This document shows positions 60,714 through 64,000 of a DNA stretch of 64,000 nucleotides, piece after piece. Where the stretch lies: NCBI GenBank assembly GCA_963693365.1, contig CAVNZM010000010.1, positions 4,839,560 through 4,903,559 on the forward strand. Direction: 5' to 3'. The first letter of the stretch is position 1. The number at the start of each line of letters is the position of its first letter. The translations under genes were made by a program, and so were the position numbers. Source of the stretch: Amoebidium appalachense. Taxonomy: Eukaryota > Protista > Ichthyosporea. The notes under the pieces are model-generated. The model saw only the letters and a list, made by a program, of their open reading frames with translations, did not search any database and was not told the origin of the DNA.

Positions 60714-61234
60714 TTAGACTTTGTAGATGGTGAACTTGCGAACCTGCAACACAATTCTTGTTAGCATCATCATCTGGTGGTGGGTGGCAGAGAAAGGCAA
60801 AAGAAACACCAATCCTTTCTAACCAAACAGGCCCCACCGGAACAGCCGTCCCACAATCACCAGGGCAATGTTCGGCCCTGTGTCTATGTGCCGTGCAAGT
60901 GTGTTGTCCCCTGACTGACCAAGTGCGTATGTGAGCTTAATGTATGTCCTTTTTGGCTGGCTGGCTGGTGGGCAGAGCAGGCCCGCCCACGGGGGGAGGG
61001 GGGACGGGGGGACATGAGATTTCGCATCGAACATAGAGCACATATCCTCAGGGGCGGCCAATCAGAGGGAGTTTTTAGAATGCGCCACAAGAGTACGAAA
61101 AATCTATTAAAAGACGAACAACTGTTGCAATTATTGCAGTGACTCTGTAAAGCAAGCAGAGTATTGCGTGTTTTTTTTGTTTTTTGTTTTTTTTTTTTTT
61201 GTGGGGGGGGGGGGGGGGGGGAGGGAAGAGAAAG

Positions 61235-61269
<35 letters not shown>

Positions 61270-61871
61270 TATTGGGTATTGGGGACACATACAGCTGCAT
61301 AGAAGTTCTCTTCTGTGAAGTCCGCATTAAGTGACGTCATCTCCTCCAGGCTCATCTTCTCACACAGACCCTCGGCCCACATCACACGCTCCAGCCCAGC
61401 CTGTGTCATCTCACCCGCAAGGAAATAGTTCTTGTCCTGTTGTGAAGGGTCGACCGGTTTAGACTATCGAATGGGAGGGAAATGAAAGAGTGTGTGTTTG
61501 CGTGTGCATACGAAACAGACACCTCCACAACCCCCCCCCCCCCCCCCCCAAAAAAAAAAAGGTGTTGGTGGGGAGAGGGGGGTTTAGAATGAGCTATAAA
61601 TTACGTGTGTACGGCATGGAAGTTTGTGCCACGAAGTTTGAGTGTGCGTGCTTTTGAGCTTTTTGCGAGTGCCTGCGCATGCAGCCTAAACTTTGTATTG
61701 TCGCCAGACGACCGCTCATGGGTGGTTGTGAGGTTGTGTGGTATGCTCTCACATTCATAACGAACAACACAATGCAAAGTGCAAACCACATCTGAAGAGT
61801 ATGGACAGTATGCACAACAAGTAGAGCCCATCCTGCGGAGGGGGGGGGGGGTCCAAGGTGGCGAGAGGATG

Positions 61872-61909
<38 letters not shown>

Positions 61910-63150
61910 AGGGGAAGGGGGGGTCCAAGGTGGCGAGAGGATGCGGGGGGGGGGGGGGGGGGGGGGGGAGGGTTTTCAGACCTTTGCGTTTTGGCGCAGG
62001 GCTCTTCTCTGTTCCTTGACCAGCTTTTTGTTTGCCTCCTTGGCCGCCTTGTTGGCCTGTGCCTGCAAAAATGCATTCCAGTCAACTTAATCGCACTCAC
62101 TAGAAGAACAACTCCAGGCACTTGTTGATATTTATGAGCGGGCTAGAACATGGCTCCAGAAGGATCCCCCAAAACTATTGTGTGGGGCGAGTCGCATGTG
62201 TAACAGCGGATTTACGTTTTTCCTGTTTCGACATTTAGGCCACGTAAAATTCCGTTACAGACATAGGACTGCATGTAGTTCTACATATAGTAAAAATTAA
62301 TAAATTCACACAAAATATGGATATTTTCGTATAACGAGGCTCAATTTTCCGTAGTTACTAGTTACATACTGTTACACACATATGGAAACGGGGTCTAAAA
62401 TTCCCGGGAGCGCAGGTACGGACATACGATCGCCCCCCCACTTAGAAGTGTTGGGGGATCCTCCAGAAACACCTAGAAGACGAATTTTTCAGAAACATAT
62501 AGTAGAATGGTTTATGAAACATCTAAAACATACAGAAAAGCGCTGCCGAAGGTCTGAAGAAAGGAAAGAGCGATGGAGGTTGTGGTGGAAGAGGGCTCCG
62601 GGATGGAAAGGGGGGGAGGGGAGGGGGGAGGGGGAGGGGGGAAGAGCTGTTGAAGACGGAGAGGGAGGTGGGAAGGGAGAGGGCGAAAGACGGAGAAGCG
62701 GGGGGGGGGGGGGGGAGTGCATGAATGATCATGCAAGACGGGCTGCAGTACTCAGTAGGTTTTTGTGTGTATATATGTTGTATATACGTGTAGTGTGAGT
62801 TAGTGTGTGTGTGTGCTTGCTTGCTTGTGCATATGTACATGTGCGTGTGCATGTGTGTGTGTGTGTGTGTTGTCGACCCAGGGGGGGGGGGGGGGGGGGG
62901 AGGGGAGGAACATACTGCAACTTTGGCCTCGGCAGCCGCCTTCTCTGCAGCCAACTTCTCAGCCTCCTTGGCCTGTGATGACGTCATAGTCAGCACGTGT
63001 CAATTGTCGTTGATTCCACGCCAAATTAAAATCGAGTAACTGACGAGCCCCCCCCCCCCCCCCCCCCCCACACACATACGACGCTTCATTCACACCTCAA
63101 ACACAATATATGCACCCATCCACTCGCCCACCCACTTCCCTCCCGCCTCC

Positions 63151-63181
<31 letters not shown>

Positions 63182-63713
63182 ACAACTCCACACCAACACA
63201 CACATTCGCACCCACACCCACACCTCCACACACCCACCACACGTACCTTCTCAGCGGCAATCTTCTCCGCATTTGCCGCCGCATACTTTGCTGCCTTCTT
63301 GGCCTCCTTCTCCTGCTTCTCCTTCTCCTGTTCGTCCACACACACATTAGTGGTCAGATGACATAACATATCTCTCTCTCTCTCCCCCCCCCCTCCCCAC
63401 TGAAGTCATCTACTATGCCACCAACCTTCCTCTCTCTTCAATTCTCTTCAACCCCCCCCCCCCCCCTCCCCCCAACAGCGGATCACACCCACACCCACAC
63501 CCACACCCACACCAACACCCACACACCAAGGTTGGCGATACCCCAAGTGTATCCATCGAAAGAGTACGGAGTAAGGGCAGAAAGAAGATATATTGGTGTG
63601 ATCGTGGTGTGTATATGTGTGCAGAACCAAAAAAAAAGAATCAAAAGCCAAACAGTACCAAAAACAAACATACACAAACGGGTAGGCGGGTGAGGGGGGG
63701 GAAGGGGGGGAGG

Positions 63714-63744
<31 letters not shown>

Positions 63745-63921
63745 AGCTTAGAAAGGTTAGCAATGAATAATCCAAACAAAAACCCCACCTTGAACATTTT
63801 CAAGCGGGGGTCTGCCTTCATTGCATATTCGACCAAGGTGATAATCCTCGCCACCTCATCCTTTTTGCGATCTGCACGTCTCTTCTTGTTCTGCCGTTCA
63901 AGCCAACGTTTCTCCTCACGG
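60714..63921 (-). CDS. DNAJC2: Zuotin/DNAJC2 (MPP11) ribosome-associated J-protein, C-terminal part; 5' end beyond the window
   Basis: Exons 63789-63921 (REEKRWLERQNKKRRADRKKDEVARIITLVEYAMKADPRLKMFK, zuotin homology), 63247-63327, 62916-62972 and 61982-62062 (charged helix), 61293-61436 (DKNYF...EGLCEKMSLEEMTSLN, four-helix bundle). The putative last exon is 60714-60743 (VRKFTIYKV*), with CTAAC and TTGCAG upstream. Confidence 0.85.
61585..61836 (-). mobile_element. Diverged module-B copy, with an insertion, in a DNAJC2 intron
   Basis: tttagaatgagctataaattacg ... acacaatgcaaagtgcaaacc...agtatgcacaacaagtagagcccatcctgcgg. Confidence 0.55.
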
Positions 63922-64000
63922 CTGAAATTTCGAAATTTCAGCCCCGTAAGTCATCACAGACATCAACCTCGTGCAAAAGTGTAAATCACGTGTTGCATGG

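Overview
Eukaryotic genomic DNA, probably an opisthokont protist (inferred from gene content). Short exons are buried in introns full of (CA/GT)n, (GA/CT)n and poly-G/poly-C tracts, so nearly all long ORFs in the supplied track are microsatellite artefacts. Splicing by hand gives five intron-rich genes: MCM8 (-, 3' end outside the window), an RBMS1/MSSP/shep-like two-RRM protein (-), a CPSF6/CFIm68-like protein (-), a TRS65/TRAPPC14-like protein (+) and the 3' part of zuotin/DNAJC2 (-). The most interesting signals are non-coding. (1) A modular dispersed element family occurs in introns of all five genes, always sense to the host transcript. It carries a covarying palindromic hairpin and ends in a branch-point-like motif plus poly-C. 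(2) Three tandem duplications copy 3' splice-site regions, including a 52-bp array in which every copy except the last has lost both AG and CTAAC. (3) Many acceptors lack a polypyrimidine tract, and several introns have complementary GT/G-rich and CA/C-rich halves. All alignments were by eye and no database searches were run.
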